Origin: the human T2T-CHM13v2.0 reference genome, Homo sapiens
Assembly (NCBI RefSeq): GCF_009914755.1
Contig: NC_060928.1
DNA: 64,000 bases
Reading direction: 5' to 3' (one strand)
Under the pieces are notes generated by a model. The model made no database searches, was not told the DNA's origin, and was given only the letters and a program-made list of their open reading frames with translations. Position 1 is the stretch's first letter, and the number at the start of each line of letters is the position of its first letter. Below, one piece after another: positions 18,652 through 36,859 of this stretch. Made by a program: the position numbers and the translations under genes.

Positions 18652-18982
18652 AACATATTAGGCATACCATAGCATACCTGCTGAAAACCAAAGAGAAAGG
18701 TATTGGTGAGTAGCCAGGGAGAAAATACATATACCATCAATGGAATAGCAATAAAATTAAAAACTAACTTTTCAATGGAAACAATTAAAACCAGAACCAT
18801 TAAACAATGTCTTCATAATGCTGAAAGAAACTGCCAGGCTAGATTTTTATATCCACCAAAAATACTCTTTGAAATAAAATAAAATAAAGATATTCTCAGA
18901 CAAATAAAATCTGAGAGTTTGTCACTAGTAGACACAGTAAAGGGAATACTAAAGATACATGGTTTGGGTAGAAGAAATTGGA

Positions 18983-19641
<659 letters not shown>

Positions 19642-19936
19642 TTAATGGGGTTGCAAATTAATGTCTGCGGGACTAAAGATATTTAATGTTATATGCAATT
19701 AAAATAAATTACAACCATGACATATAATTTTAGAGGAAAGAAAAATAGAATTAATGTGTCCTATGGTTTTTGCTTTTCTAGGAAGTGGTAAAGTAGTATA
19801 TTAAGTCAATGATGTTTGCTATAATTTCTGGGACAATGAGTAACACATAATAAAATAATGTATAATGAATAGTTAAGGGGGAGAGGAATGAAATATAGAA
19901 TTGGAATATGAGTCTAAAAAAAGATTAAAAAGGAGA

Positions 19937-20561
19937 GGACAGGTGTGGTAGCTCATGCCTGTAATCCTAGCACTTTAGGAGGCAAGGAAGGAGGATCACC
20001 TGCGGCCAGGAGTTCGAGACCAGCCCGACCAGCATGGTGAAACCCCATCTCTACTAAAAATACAAAACTTAGCCGGATGAGTGGTACAGGCTTGTAGTCC
20101 CAGCTGCTTGGTAGGCTGAGGCATGAGAATCACTTGAACCCCAGACGCAGAGGTTGCAGCGAGCTGAGATCGCGCCACTGCCCTCCAGCCTAGGCAACAG
20201 AGTGAGACTCCGTCTCATAAATCAATCAATCAATCAATCAATCAATAAAGGAGGGAAGACCAGGCACAATGGCTCATTCCTGTAATTCCATTCCAGCACT
20301 TTGTGAGGCTGAGGCAGGTGGATTGCTTGAGCCCAGGAGTTTGAGACCAGCCTGGGCAACATGGTGAAACCCTATTTCTATCAAAAATACAAAAAATTAC
20401 CCAGGTGGTAGCACACACCTGTGGTCCCAGCTACTCAGGAGGCTGAGGTTAGAGGATTGCTTGAGCCCAGGAGATCAAAGCTGCAGTGAGCCATGATTAT
20501 GCCACTGCGCTCTAACCTGAGTGACAGAGCAAGACCCTGTCTCAAAAAAAGAAAAAAAAAA
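19937..20561 (+). mobile_element. Two tandem Alus; the first has a (TCAA)n tail
   Basis: Two Alu dimers. Confidence 0.9.
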
Positions 20562-20638
20562 GGAGAGAAAGGGGACATAAAAAAAGCAAGACAAATAGCA
20601 AATAGGATGGTAGATTAAACCAAATAACATATATTTAA

Positions 20639-21684
<1,046 letters not shown>

Positions 21685-21964
21685 AGTCTTGGATTTTAAA
21701 AGATCAACTAAATGCTGTTTACCAGAAATGCTCTTAAATAAAAGGATACAAAAAAACTTCAAAGAACAGAAAAAGATATGCTGTGTGTATGCTAATAAAA
21801 AGAGCTGCAGACAAATAGATTCAAGTCAAGAAACACTGCTAAAAATGAAGAGAGGTATTTATAATTATGAAAGGTTTAATTCATCAGGAAAATATGACAG
21901 TACTAAAGATATATGTACCTAATAACATAGTCCTAAAATATATAGAGAGTAAAATTGTCCAGAA

Positions 21965-24705
<2,741 letters not shown>

Positions 24706-24974
24706 TTAAGAAAATCAGTCAGAACCAAAAGCTAGACAATTTGTCAATTTATCTTAGTGGGAGATTTTAACAGACCTCTCTCAAATTGAAAACAAATTAG
24801 TAAGATAAGTAAGGATATAGAAGATGGAAACAACATGATCAGCAAGTTAACCAAGCTAACATATGTAGAACACCGTACCTAGTGACTGCACAGAACACAT
24901 AAACAGCAAAAATTACTACATGCTGGGCCAGGAAGCAAGTTTCAGTGACTTTCAAAGGACTGAAATCATACAAA

Positions 24975-25599
<625 letters not shown>

Positions 25600-25830
25600 A
25601 CACTTTGGAATTAAAATGACATACTTCAAAATAATTTATCAGTTATAAAAGAAATCACAGTGGGAATTAGAGAATATTTTGAACTTAACGATTGTAAAAA
25701 TACATGTTAACATGTAGAATGCAACTAAGAGGGAATGTTGTAGGCTAAAATACTACCATTAGAGAAGAAGAAATAGTAAAGATTGATGATGCTTACATGC
25801 ATGATAAGAAGTTAGAAAAATAGCATCAAA

Positions 25831-26991
25831 GCTGGCGCGCGGCGCCTGCCAGGCGCCCAGTCCTCCGCCATCGCCCACGCCTCCCTGGTGCCAGGGAATA
25901 GGTATCAGGGCGCCTCCCCAGCGGCTGGGAGAGACGCTGAGTGAAGAAGAGGGAAGGACAGTTAGTCAGTCTTATAGCTGGATCAGTTACCAGGAGAAGT
26001 TCTAAAGCAAGAAGAGAAAAGCATTTCAATTTGGGACATTTATTTGCACCTGGAAATGGGGAATGGGCTATCAGACCAGACTTCTATCCTGTCCAACCTG
26101 CCTTCATTTCAGTCCTTCCACATTGTTATTCTGGGTTTGGACTGTGCTGGAAAGACAACTGTCTTATACAGGCTGCAGTTCAATGAATTTGTAAATACCG
26201 TACCTACCAAAGGATTTAACACTGAGAAAATTAAGGTAACCTTGGGAAATTCTAAAACAGTCACTTTTCATTTCTGGGATGTAGGTGGTCAGGAGAAATT
26301 AAGGCCACTGTGGAAGTCATATACCAGATGCACAGATGGCATTGTGTTTGTTGTGGACTCTGTTGATGTCGAAAGGATGGAAGAAGCCAAAACTGAACTT
26401 CACAAAATAAATAGGATATCAGAAAATCAAGGAGTCCCTGTACTTATAGTTGCTAACAAACAAGATTTGAGGAACTCATTGTCTCTTTCAGAAATTGAGA
26501 AATTGTTAGCAATGGGTGACCTGAGTTCATCAACTCCTTGGCATTTGCAGCCTACCTGTGCAATCATAGGAGATGGCCTAAAGGAAGGACTTGAGAAACT
26601 ACATGATATGATCATTAAAAGAAGAAAAATGTTGCGGCAACAGAAAAAGAAAGATGAATATCAATACCTATTATATCTGTGTGGAGTAGGTTTTCTCTGG
26701 TCTGATTTTGACAAATAGAAGAGTGTCTACAGCGTGGTTTGCCTGCCTGTCTGCCCTCCTGGATGCTATTAAAGCTTTGTTTTGTTGAACAATCAGATGC
26801 CCAACTCTGTTGCCTTGTGGAAGATAAGTAAATGCAGTGCTTCTTAAAGTGGTCTCTTCTCCCTACCCCACAAATCTTTTGGTACTACCATTTGGGGAAG
26901 CCAAGCAAGGATAGTAAATTGACCAGAACACAGTTGTGGGAATTTGGCCTGAAGTTAGTGAAATAAAACTTTAAAGAGTGAAAAAAAAAAA
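25831..26991 (+). pseudogene. ARL4AP2: ARL4A processed retrocopy (probably ARL4AP2) with 5' UTR, ORF, 3' UTR and poly(A)
   Basis: Intronless; AATAAA 26962-26967; A-tail 26981-26991; 17-bp TSD AGAAAAATAGCATCAAA at 25814-25830 and 26992-27008. Confidence 0.92.
26056..26718 (+). CDS. Uninterrupted 220-aa ARL4A-like small GTPase ORF within the retrocopy (translation unproven)
   Basis: MGNG start, GLDCAGKT P-loop, WDVGGQ, NKQD, TCA; the frame runs past the parental stop. Confidence 0.5.
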   Translation: MGNGLSDQTSILSNLPSFQSFHIVILGLDCAGKTTVLYRLQFNEFVNTVPTKGFNTEKIKVTLGNSKTVTFHFWDVGGQEKLRPLWKSYTRCTDGIVFVVDSVDVERMEEAKTELHKINRISENQGVPVLIVANKQDLRNSLSLSEIEKLLAMGDLSSSTPWHLQPTCAIIGDGLKEGLEKLHDMIIKRRKMLRQQKKKDEYQYLLYLCGVGFLWSDFDK

Positions 26992-27122
26992 AGAAAAATA
27001 GCATCAAATAAATCTGATGGAAGAATATAATAAAGATGGCAGGAATTAATGTTACAGAAAACAAACAGAGTATCTCTTAACAAAACCAAAAAGTGACTTT
27101 TTAAAAAGAAAATATAATTTTA

Positions 27123-27297
27123 CACTGCGGAAGGCCGCAGGGACCTCTGCCTAGGAAAACCAGAGACCTTTGTTCATGTGTTTATCTGCTGACCTTCTCT
27201 CCACTATTATCCTATGACCCTGCCACATCCCCCTCTCCGAGAAACACCCAAGAATGATCAATAAATACTAAAAAATAAAAATAAAAAAATAAAAAAA
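27123..27297 (+). mobile_element. Heavily 5'-truncated SVA (SINE-R 3' end, SVA_A-like) with A-rich tail
   Basis: cactgcggaaggccgcaggg...cacccaagaatgatcaataaatact followed by an A-rich tail; flanking direct repeat AAAAAGAAAATATAATTTTA at 27103-27122 and 27316-27335. Confidence 0.82.
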
Positions 27298-27769
27298 GTG
27301 ATTTTAAAATGTAAAAAAAAGAAAATATAATTTTAAAAGAAAATATAATTGATTCATCAAGAAAAAGAACATAAAACAATTCAGTTATCAATAATATCAC
27401 TGCAGATCCTAGATACATTTAAAGCACAATAAAAAGATACTATGAGCAATTTTATGCCAATAAACTTGAACATTTAACTGCTATGGATTCCTGGATAGAC
27501 AACTTGCCAAAACTGAGAAATAGTTTTGGAAAATCTGGATACTCTTGAATCTGGCTATTAAGATCTTAAGATTAATGGCTATTAATATCTGTTGAATTAA
27601 TAATAGAAAATCTTCCCACCCACAAGACAAAAAGTTTTTAAAAATTTTATTCCTATATGATGTTGTCACAGAATTCTGCAAATAATTTAAGGAAGAAATA
27701 ATACTCTTTCAGAGAATGGAAGGAGGAACTACTTCCCAGTTCATTTTATAATGTCGATGAGGTTGCTCT

Positions 27770-28076
27770 TTCCTTTTATTTATTTATTTTTTTGAGACGG
27801 AGTCTTGCTCTGTCGCCCAGACGACTAGAGTGCAGTAGCACGATCTTGGCTCACTGCAACCTCCACCTCCCAGGTTCAAGCAATTCTCCTGCCTCACCCT
27901 CCTGAGTAGCTGGGGTTACAGAGGCAGGCCATGACGCCTGGCTAATTTTTGTATTTTTAGTAGAGATGGGGTTTCACCATGTTGGTCAGGCTGGTCTCAA
28001 ACTCCCGACCTCGTGATCCGCCCACCTCGGCCTCCCAAAGTGCTGGGATTACAGGCAAGAGCCACCGTGCCCGGCC
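27770..28076 (-). mobile_element. AluS
   Basis: Antisense dimer; TSD about GAGGTTGCnTCTT. Confidence 0.9.
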
Positions 28077-30547
28077 GAGGTTGCCTCTTCCTGAGATGGG
28101 AAAGACTGTGGTACAGTTAGGTTTTAGTTATGTTAGGTTTAAGATGCCTGTTAGACATTAAGTGGAAATGTCAAGCAGGTATTTGGGTACACTCTTTTGG
28201 AGTTCAGGGGAGAAGTCTATGTTAAAGATACATATTTGGGATTTGTTAGCATTTACATAATATTGAATGTCATGATCACTAAAGAAGTGAGTTTAGGTAG
28301 TAAAGAAATCTAAAAGCCAATTCCTGGACACTCCAATACCTAGAGGTCAGGAAGCTGAATAAGAGGGAACCAGCAAAGGAGCCACAGAGAAGTAGGAGAA
28401 GAATCAAGAGAAAGCAAGTTGAGGAACTGGGCCAGTTCTTATTATTGCCTCTCAGCTCTAAACCCACACTTTGTCCTGCCTTGTGATGCTGGAACTGTAC
28501 TCTGATTCTCCGTTTCTCCATTGCCAACTGCCTCTGTCATTAGAGGGTGCCGAGAGACTTTGTAAGACTGGAAGAGGAAGAAGAAAGGACTTTTCTTCTT
28601 CCAATGCTTGTTTATCCCTATGGTGGCTGTGTAGAATCCTGGCAGTGTTCACCACAGCATATTCCTTTGGTAACCGTGCCCTCTTCTCAGAGACCTGAAT
28701 CTCAGCCTGGTGTGTGTTGTGTGTAGGTTTGGGGGCAGGGAGGTGCTCTGCTGAGTTTCCAAGTTCCTTGTTCATTTTTCTCTCAGTCTTGGGGCTGAGG
28801 GTGGGAATAGTGGCTGCTCTCTGCAGTTCTTACATCTGTACACATTAGAGTTTTCAAATAGTTGAGCAGTTTTTACCTACTTAACACAAGAGAATAGGAA
28901 CTACTGGGGAGCCAGGCAGTAGAAGAGAGGAAATTTCTCCTTTTAGAAGTATTCCAGCTAATAAAGGAAAAAGGGTTTTAGAATTAGAATATGAGTGTTT
29001 TGCAACCCCTTTGGTGGTACCACAAAGGCAACTGAGTGGAAGAATATGATGCCATCTGTTAAGTAGTTTTGCCTCTTTGTCTTTGTCCCCCAAAGGAAAA
29101 AGTATTGGTCTTCTAAAGATTCACTTACTAATTTACAGGAAGTACAGAAAAGAGGAACATGTTAAACTGCATTCTAGGAAAACAGCAAAATCCAGATTGT
29201 GGGAAACTCTGGCAGGGCAAATAATGAAGTTTCATTAAGAAATAAATGTTAAGAAAAAATGAAGGGAGAACCTGTAGGTGAAAAGAAATGTAAAGTAAGA
29301 CTGATCAGTTGCCATGTATGTACCTTATTTAGATCCTGATTCAAACAAAAAACTTTTGACACGTGTGAGACTGTTGGGAAATGCGAGCCAGATTAGATAT
29401 TTGATAATAATAAGGAAACATTTTTAACTTTTTTGGTGTCGTTACATTTTAAAAGAAGATTTTATCCTTTTAGAGATATATGTGGTACTATTTATAGATT
29501 CAAAATAATAGGGGGCTGGGTGGGAGGGGCTGCATTGTACAGATGAAACAAGATTGACCGTGAATGGTTCACTGTTGAAACTCTGTGATGGGTACTTGAG
29601 AATTTATTATATTATTATGCCTATATTGCAGATATTTGAAGTTTCCCAATAAAATGTTTAAAATAGTGGCAGGGGGCAAGAAGAAAAGGACCACTCAATT
29701 TAAAGAAAAAATAATTTTAAAAGACACAGAGAATAGGAAGAGGGAAAAATTGGTGAGGCAAGAGAAAGGCAGCAGGTGGGGCCATATCAAGAGTGATTCT
29801 TCAGCAGGTGAGGCGTGATAGCCACCGCAAAAGTAGAGGGTTGGCTGTAAGATAGGGGGCACAGATGGCTATAATGCAAGGGAAGGCAGACTCTCTTAAG
29901 CTAAGTCACAAGATCCTTAAAGGTATGATTGATATTTTACACCAGTTTGTATGGATTCTGTACCTTGGACTGGAAACTTATAAGTGCTTCTGATAACCCT
30001 CCCCCACCTTTTTTTTTTTTTTTTTTTTCTGGAGAGAAGATAGAACATAAAAGGGGATAAAGAATAGGAGAGGGAAATAACCAATATTGAGCCCTTGCTA
30101 TATAATAGACAGCACGCTAAGCTTAACTACTTTATCTCAGTCTTCACCACAGTTATATGAGGTAGCCATCCCATTTTATGAAGAAGGAAATGGAGGCTCA
30201 GGGAGATTAAAATGCACAGCTAGTAAACAGTGAAGCTGGGAGTCAACTTGAATTTTTCTGCCTCTGAAGTCTATTTCTCCCCTACTATATATCCTGCAGT
30301 TCAGAATGAGAATTTAATTTTAAATTTCAACATCATTTCAGGTGAAGGAGAAAACATTCTATTAATAGGATTCCTGTATTAACTTTGGGTAGATATCAGA
30401 GAAGAATAGCCTTCTTTTCTAACTACATCAAAATGAATTTTTGTGAGGTTGAGGATTTTAAAATGTACAATAAATAGATACAATCACATACTACATTAAG
30501 ATTTTTCATTAATATTTTACATTAAATTTTCTGTGTTTTTTCCCCAG

Positions 30548-30691
30548 ATATTGAAATACTTCATGAGAAATTTATTAACATTGAATCAAAGGATCACAGG
30601 TTACAGAAAGTTAAAGTGATTTTGCTGCTACCTCGTTGTTCAGGACTGGGTGTTAGTAATCCAGTAGAATTTATTTTAAATGAACATGAAG
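30548..30691 (+). CDS. NSUN7: NSUN7 coding exon (about exon 8) with motif IV region ILLLPRCSGLG
   Basis: ttccccag acceptor and gtactt donor; 144 nt; CSGxG motif of RNA m5C methyltransferases. Confidence 0.95.
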
Positions 30692-32399
30692 GTACTTGTT
30701 TTAATTTCTAAATTATTGAAATTAGTTGACAGTTTAAAATATAAAATTATTTAAAATCATTAAAATAGCATATCAAATACATCTGATTAATAAATAATAG
30801 CAACCACATATAAAGTACTTACTATGTATAAAGTCCTTTACCTCTGTTACCTCATTTAATCCTTACACCAATCCAATAGACCAGGGTGATATTCAAAATA
30901 TTTAATAATTGGAATAATGTAGGCAATCAGAAAAGATGCTGGCCAGTATGCTATTCTGAATATACCAGAGCTCTTGATGTAAGTGTTAAAATTTACCGGC
31001 ATTCTATAGATGAAAATACTGAGACTCAAAGATTGATTCATTTTTCTCAGGTCAAGCAACTAGAGACAGAGCTAAGATTCAAATTTAGATCTGTTTGACT
31101 CTAGAGCCTATGTTCTAAACATGATTCTAATTAAATCATTATCAGATTATTTCAAACTCAAAGGTGTCTTAATCGCTAGGATGTATGCTTTATGAAATGA
31201 ATGTCTCAGACTAAATATAGAAGCATTGACATTTAATTTTATTGGCTTTTAAATACATTTAAAATAATAATTATTTAACATTAACATTTATTGAGCACTT
31301 AGATGTAAGGCCCTGGGCGTGGCACTTTTCTTGGATTATTTCAGTAAGTCTTCACAAGAATTCTGTGAAGTAGTAACTTGTTAACTTCTATTTTACAAAT
31401 GAGGAATCTGAGGCTCAGAGAAGTTAATGAAGTCTCCTAGGATCATTGGGCTAGTAAGAGGCAGAGCTTGGATTCAAATACAACCAGTCTGACTCTGAGA
31501 CTGGCACTTTTAATGACTCTCTTAATCACATTATATTGCTCCAAATTAAATGAAACTTACGCTTATCCCTTGCTTATATTGAAAGGCATATTAAATTGAA
31601 AGGTTAATTAGAATATTAGAAAAAGAAGACACCCCACAAATGTACAGAATATAGTAACTGTTTTCTGTTTCTAGCAAGGACAGAAGAGGAAAAGAAATGG
31701 AGGGAAAAGAGCTAATATTTATTAAACACAATAATGTCCCAGGCAATATTCTAGGTAGTGTTCACATACTGTCACTTAGTATTCACAATAACTTTTTGAG
31801 GTTAGTGTTCTTCTAATTGTAGAGGAAAAAAACCAAGACTCAGAAAAATTAAACCAGTTGCTTATGGTCATGTAGCTAGTAAGTAGGGAAGCTGGGATTC
31901 AAATTCAGGTGGGTTAGCACATTTTCCTTCCACTAAACGACACTATCTTTAACTGGGTTTACACTGTACCACATGGAATTTTGACTTGCTATAGAAAATT
32001 TCTTTCCAGAGAGACTTCAGCCAAAGAATAACCAATTCAGATGGTAGAATGGTAGGTAGGCTGAGAAAATTTCTAGATGAACTTTAAGAAATAATCAAAG
32101 AACAATTAGTAGACACTGAAAGAAAAGGGGGAAGGAAAAAAGGGGGAAGAAATAGCAGCTATAATAAGCATAGCAGTCAGGAGAACTAGAGCTCAGAACT
32201 GTGAGACTCTGGCCTTATCCTGGGCCATTTTGAGGTGGAAATCCAGAAAAAAAATAAACCACAGAATAAAAATAAACTAAAGGCTAGAGGAGAAAGGCCC
32301 AGAGGAAAATACAAATAAGGAAAGTGGGGAAAGGAAAACATTTCCTAGGTACTGGTAATGTTTTGAAAGCCTTGATGAGGAGATGATAAGATAAGCTAA

Positions 32400-32710
<311 letters not shown>

Positions 32711-33108
32711 AGAAGTTGTCGTATCCTGAAGTAAGCGGGCTTTTGAAGGAACCTGTACTCTGAGGAGCTAAAAGCTTGAGCAAATAAGGAGCTGCCGACC
32801 TAGTGACTCTGGTGGGAACGTGGAACGTTAGCCAGAAACTTAGTGGGGGTGAATCCGAAAGATTATTTTATTAAACTTAGATACAAGGTAGAATGGAACA
32901 ATAAGGAATTAGTTTTAAAAACATTTTAACATCGAAAAATATTAGAACCATTGAGAAATATATGAAGTTGGTCCTTGCTAACGACTTGGAATTATTTTAA
33001 GATAGAATTAAAGAAATAGATAATACGACTTTGGAGTATAATAATTTGTAATAGTCCTTTAACAAGTAATGGATAGTTTTAGAACAGAGAAAAAAAATGT
33101 GAAATGTA

Positions 33109-33480
<372 letters not shown>

Positions 33481-34323
33481 TTAACCTTTAGTGATAGTAC
33501 TGGAATGGGCAACAGCCACATACATGGTATAAATAATTGGCTGTCATGCTCTAGTGAGTTCTAGAGAGGCAGTATAATACAGAGTTTAAAAATTTGGGTC
33601 CTCTGGTTAGATTTCTGAGTTAGAATCCTGGCTGTCCACTTAGTAGCTATATAACCTTAGACAAGTTGTTTAATGTATGTTTAAACAATTATCTCAATGT
33701 TAGAAGGGCTAGTAATTCTTCAAGAGGTCGTTAAAATAATCTACATAAAGTAGCATTCAGTATATCTTCATTAATATTGTCAATACATATATTTAAATTA
33801 TTTTTCAAAAATTAAAAAATGTAAGACATTATTTCTTAATCTGTTATGAAGACATAACATTTGCTTTTCTGAATTTTTTCTTCCAAAGTTTCTTTTGGAA
33901 AGTTAGTATTTTAAACCATATCCTTGTGTGTTCCCAGATCTGACTATAGCCCATTCGTTTTTATCTTGGAAAATAAATCTTATTTTCTCTATCCAGTATT
34001 AGTCTCGAGACTGACGGCATTTTCTCTTCTGTGTCTAAATGACTTATATGACTACTTGGATGACTATCTCATAGCAACTTGGAGAAAAACAATATTAAAT
34101 ATTTTCAATATTGTTTTTGAAAAGCAATATTAAAATGAAACAGAATTAACTTTATTGTTCTAATTTTTAAGTCAACATTTTAATATCTATTTAGTTTTAA
34201 TAGATATTTTCCATGAAACACTTTTATTGGTAGGCAAAATGATTGAAAAATTATATGATGATAACAATATGTAAAAAGTTTTTAATGGTGCTATATTTAA
34301 AAGCATTTCTTTTTAAAATTCAG

Positions 34324-34425
34324 ATACAGAATTCCTTAAAGATCACTCTCAAGGAGGCATCTCAGTGGACAAACTTCACGTTCTTGCTCAACAGCAGTAT
34401 GAACAGCTAACACATGCAATGAAAT
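34324..34425 (+). CDS. NSUN7: NSUN7 coding exon (about exon 9): TEFLKDHSQGG...LAQQQYEQLTHAMK
   Basis: ttcag acceptor and gtaagg donor; 102 nt; phase 1 to 1. Confidence 0.94.
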
Positions 34426-36033
34426 GTAAGGTTGTCATAGGCACCATCTTGTTAAAATAAGGTGTACATTTTAGAAATATTAGTCTTTCACGATCTATTA
34501 TAATCAAGCAATGAAGTGTGAGCCATGAGCACATTTTCCAGAACATTCAGTCTTACTGCCTTCAAATAACAAAATATTTATCTTTACCAATTTAATCTGT
34601 TTTTAGAATATATGCTTTACTGTAATTTTAAACAGGTTAGCAAGCATAATTTACCAATTTTGTAATGCCGAAGTGAAATAATTATGTATATTTGTAATTG
34701 TAGTTTCAGCTTTCCTGTTTCTTCTCTTAGATTTCTTACTCGATATAATTTTTCTGTTGTCATTGTGCCTACCCTTAATAACTCTTCTACAGTCCAAATT
34801 TTAGTCAAACTCTTATTTCTCTTAGTGCTAAGTAGAGAACAGAGAGGTGCAATCGCAGAGAAAGCCTAGATCTCTTGATTTGAAGTTTGAGTAACAAGGC
34901 GGCACTTTGAGTGATTTATATCATTGCTTTAATCACTTCATTTAGATTTTGAGTACCACTGCCTTTCCACATATGCACACAGGAATCTAGATGTCTCTGA
35001 GAAATTAATAAGCTTTTATTAATTCCGTATATATTTATAAAGTGCTCACTTTGGGTCAGGTATTAAGCTGTATGTAAGGTGTATCAGTGTTAGCAAATCC
35101 TGACCTGCAAAGGCTTAAAGATAAATGGATATGGGCATAGACCCCATCTATATTATAGGTACAGATCTGAGTATAGATCATTCAGTAAATAAATATATAA
35201 ACACACATGAGGTAGAAATAAGGCCTATACAAATCACAGAGGTCACAGCTTGCCAGGAGTAAAAGCAAAAAATAAGTAAATAGAAAGCACAGAGGAGGCT
35301 TTTTCTTTTAGTTCATATTGCTAATAAATGTTCATTTGAACATGATATGGATATGATCTAGGAAATAAGTTGATTGGAAGATCAGGAATTTGGTAAATAA
35401 TAAGCCTTTTACTTGAAGCATTTTAATTAAATTTTAATTGGATATTTCAAGCTTAAAAAAGCTTCAGAAAGAATCTGAAAAGCAAAGGGATTTTAATGAC
35501 ATAAACTCTTTTATGATGCCAAATAAACATAAAATTTGGCAACTCTTGAGATTATGGCAGTTTATGTTACTGGAAGACATACTGTAAGTCAAAACAAGTT
35601 GTATTTAGTTTCCCATAAGGAAATGCTGTCTTAGGTAGTCAGGTGTGTAATCAGGGGTTTGACTCCAGATTTTGATAGAACCGATTAAAAGCCCGATTTG
35701 AAGTCAACCACATAAAAGATAATTACGTAATCTGTCATGGGATTAGAGTAAAAACAAATACAAATTAAAAATACCAAAAGGTAACTGTGCTGAGTCCTTG
35801 TTAGTTGTGAAAATAATTTTTAAATATTTGAGCACTTATTGTTTACTTATTATGTGCCAGGCACCTGCTGCTTACTTTATATGTATCATTTTATTTAGTA
35901 ATCACCAAATTTTCTTCCTTAGCTTCCATGCTATCTTTGACCAGAGCAACAAGGGGGCTCGGGCACCCCTAATTCCCTTACCCTCTAAGACTCACAGCCT
36001 TGCCACTATTCTCTACTTTAAAATCGTAAGTGG

Positions 36034-36598
36034 GAGCCAGGCGCGGTGGCTCATGCCTGTAATCCCAGTACTTTGGGAGGCCAAACCTGGCGGATCACTT
36101 GAGGCCAGCCTGGACAACATGGTGAAACCCCATCTCTACTAAAAATACAAAAATTAGCCAGGCGTGTTGGCGCATGCCTGTAGTCCCAGCTACTTGGGAG
36201 GCTGAGATATGAGAATCACTTGTTATAGTGAGCTGAGATTGCACCACTGCACTCCAGCCTGGGTGACAGAGTGAGACTCTGTCTCTAAATAAATAAATAA
36301 ATAAGTGGGCTAGGCATGGTGGCTCATGTCTGAAATCCCAGTGCTTGGGAGGTCAACATGGTAGGATCACTTCAGGCCAGGAGTTTGAGACCAACCTGGA
36401 CAACATAGTGAGACCCTGCCTCTACAAAAAATAAAAAAAGTTATCTAGGCATGGGGGCATGCAGGCTACTCGGGAGACTGAAGTGGGAGGATTGCTTGAG
36501 CCCAGGAGTTGGAGGCTGCAGTGAGCCATGATCACCTCACTGCACTCCAGCCTAGGCAACAGAGCAAGACCCCATCTATTAAAAAAATACAAATAAAT
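36034..36598 (+). mobile_element. Two tandem Alus with internal deletions
   Basis: Alu consensus segments. Confidence 0.88.
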
Positions 36599-36859
36599 CA
36601 AGTTATAAGAAACATGTCTCCTTATATCCTTTACACCTATTAATGACAATTAACTCAAGAGGCCCCGACTCCAGGTCATTCCTCATCTCCTATACTCTGG
36701 TCTCCATAACTCTCTTCATATCCCTTTGTCCACATCTCTCACTCTGTGCTCTCTAGAATTTATAGTTCCTCATCAACAAAAATTCCCTATATTTTAACTT
36801 CTTTGAATGTCCTCCCCCTTTGTAAAAAATTCCTGTAACTTGCCTTTCCCCTGGGAACA

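Noticed and set aside
25941-26186. Upstream overlapping ORF, or an in-frame NSUN7-ARL4A fusion via the tcttatag acceptor
   Set aside because: GTG start; splicing from the preceding NSUN7 exon to this AG would be out of frame with the ARL4A ORF.
27123-27270. HERV-K LTR5 solo LTR
   Set aside because: The sequence stops at the poly(A) site and continues as an A-tail with long direct repeats and no U5, which fits an SVA 3' end better.
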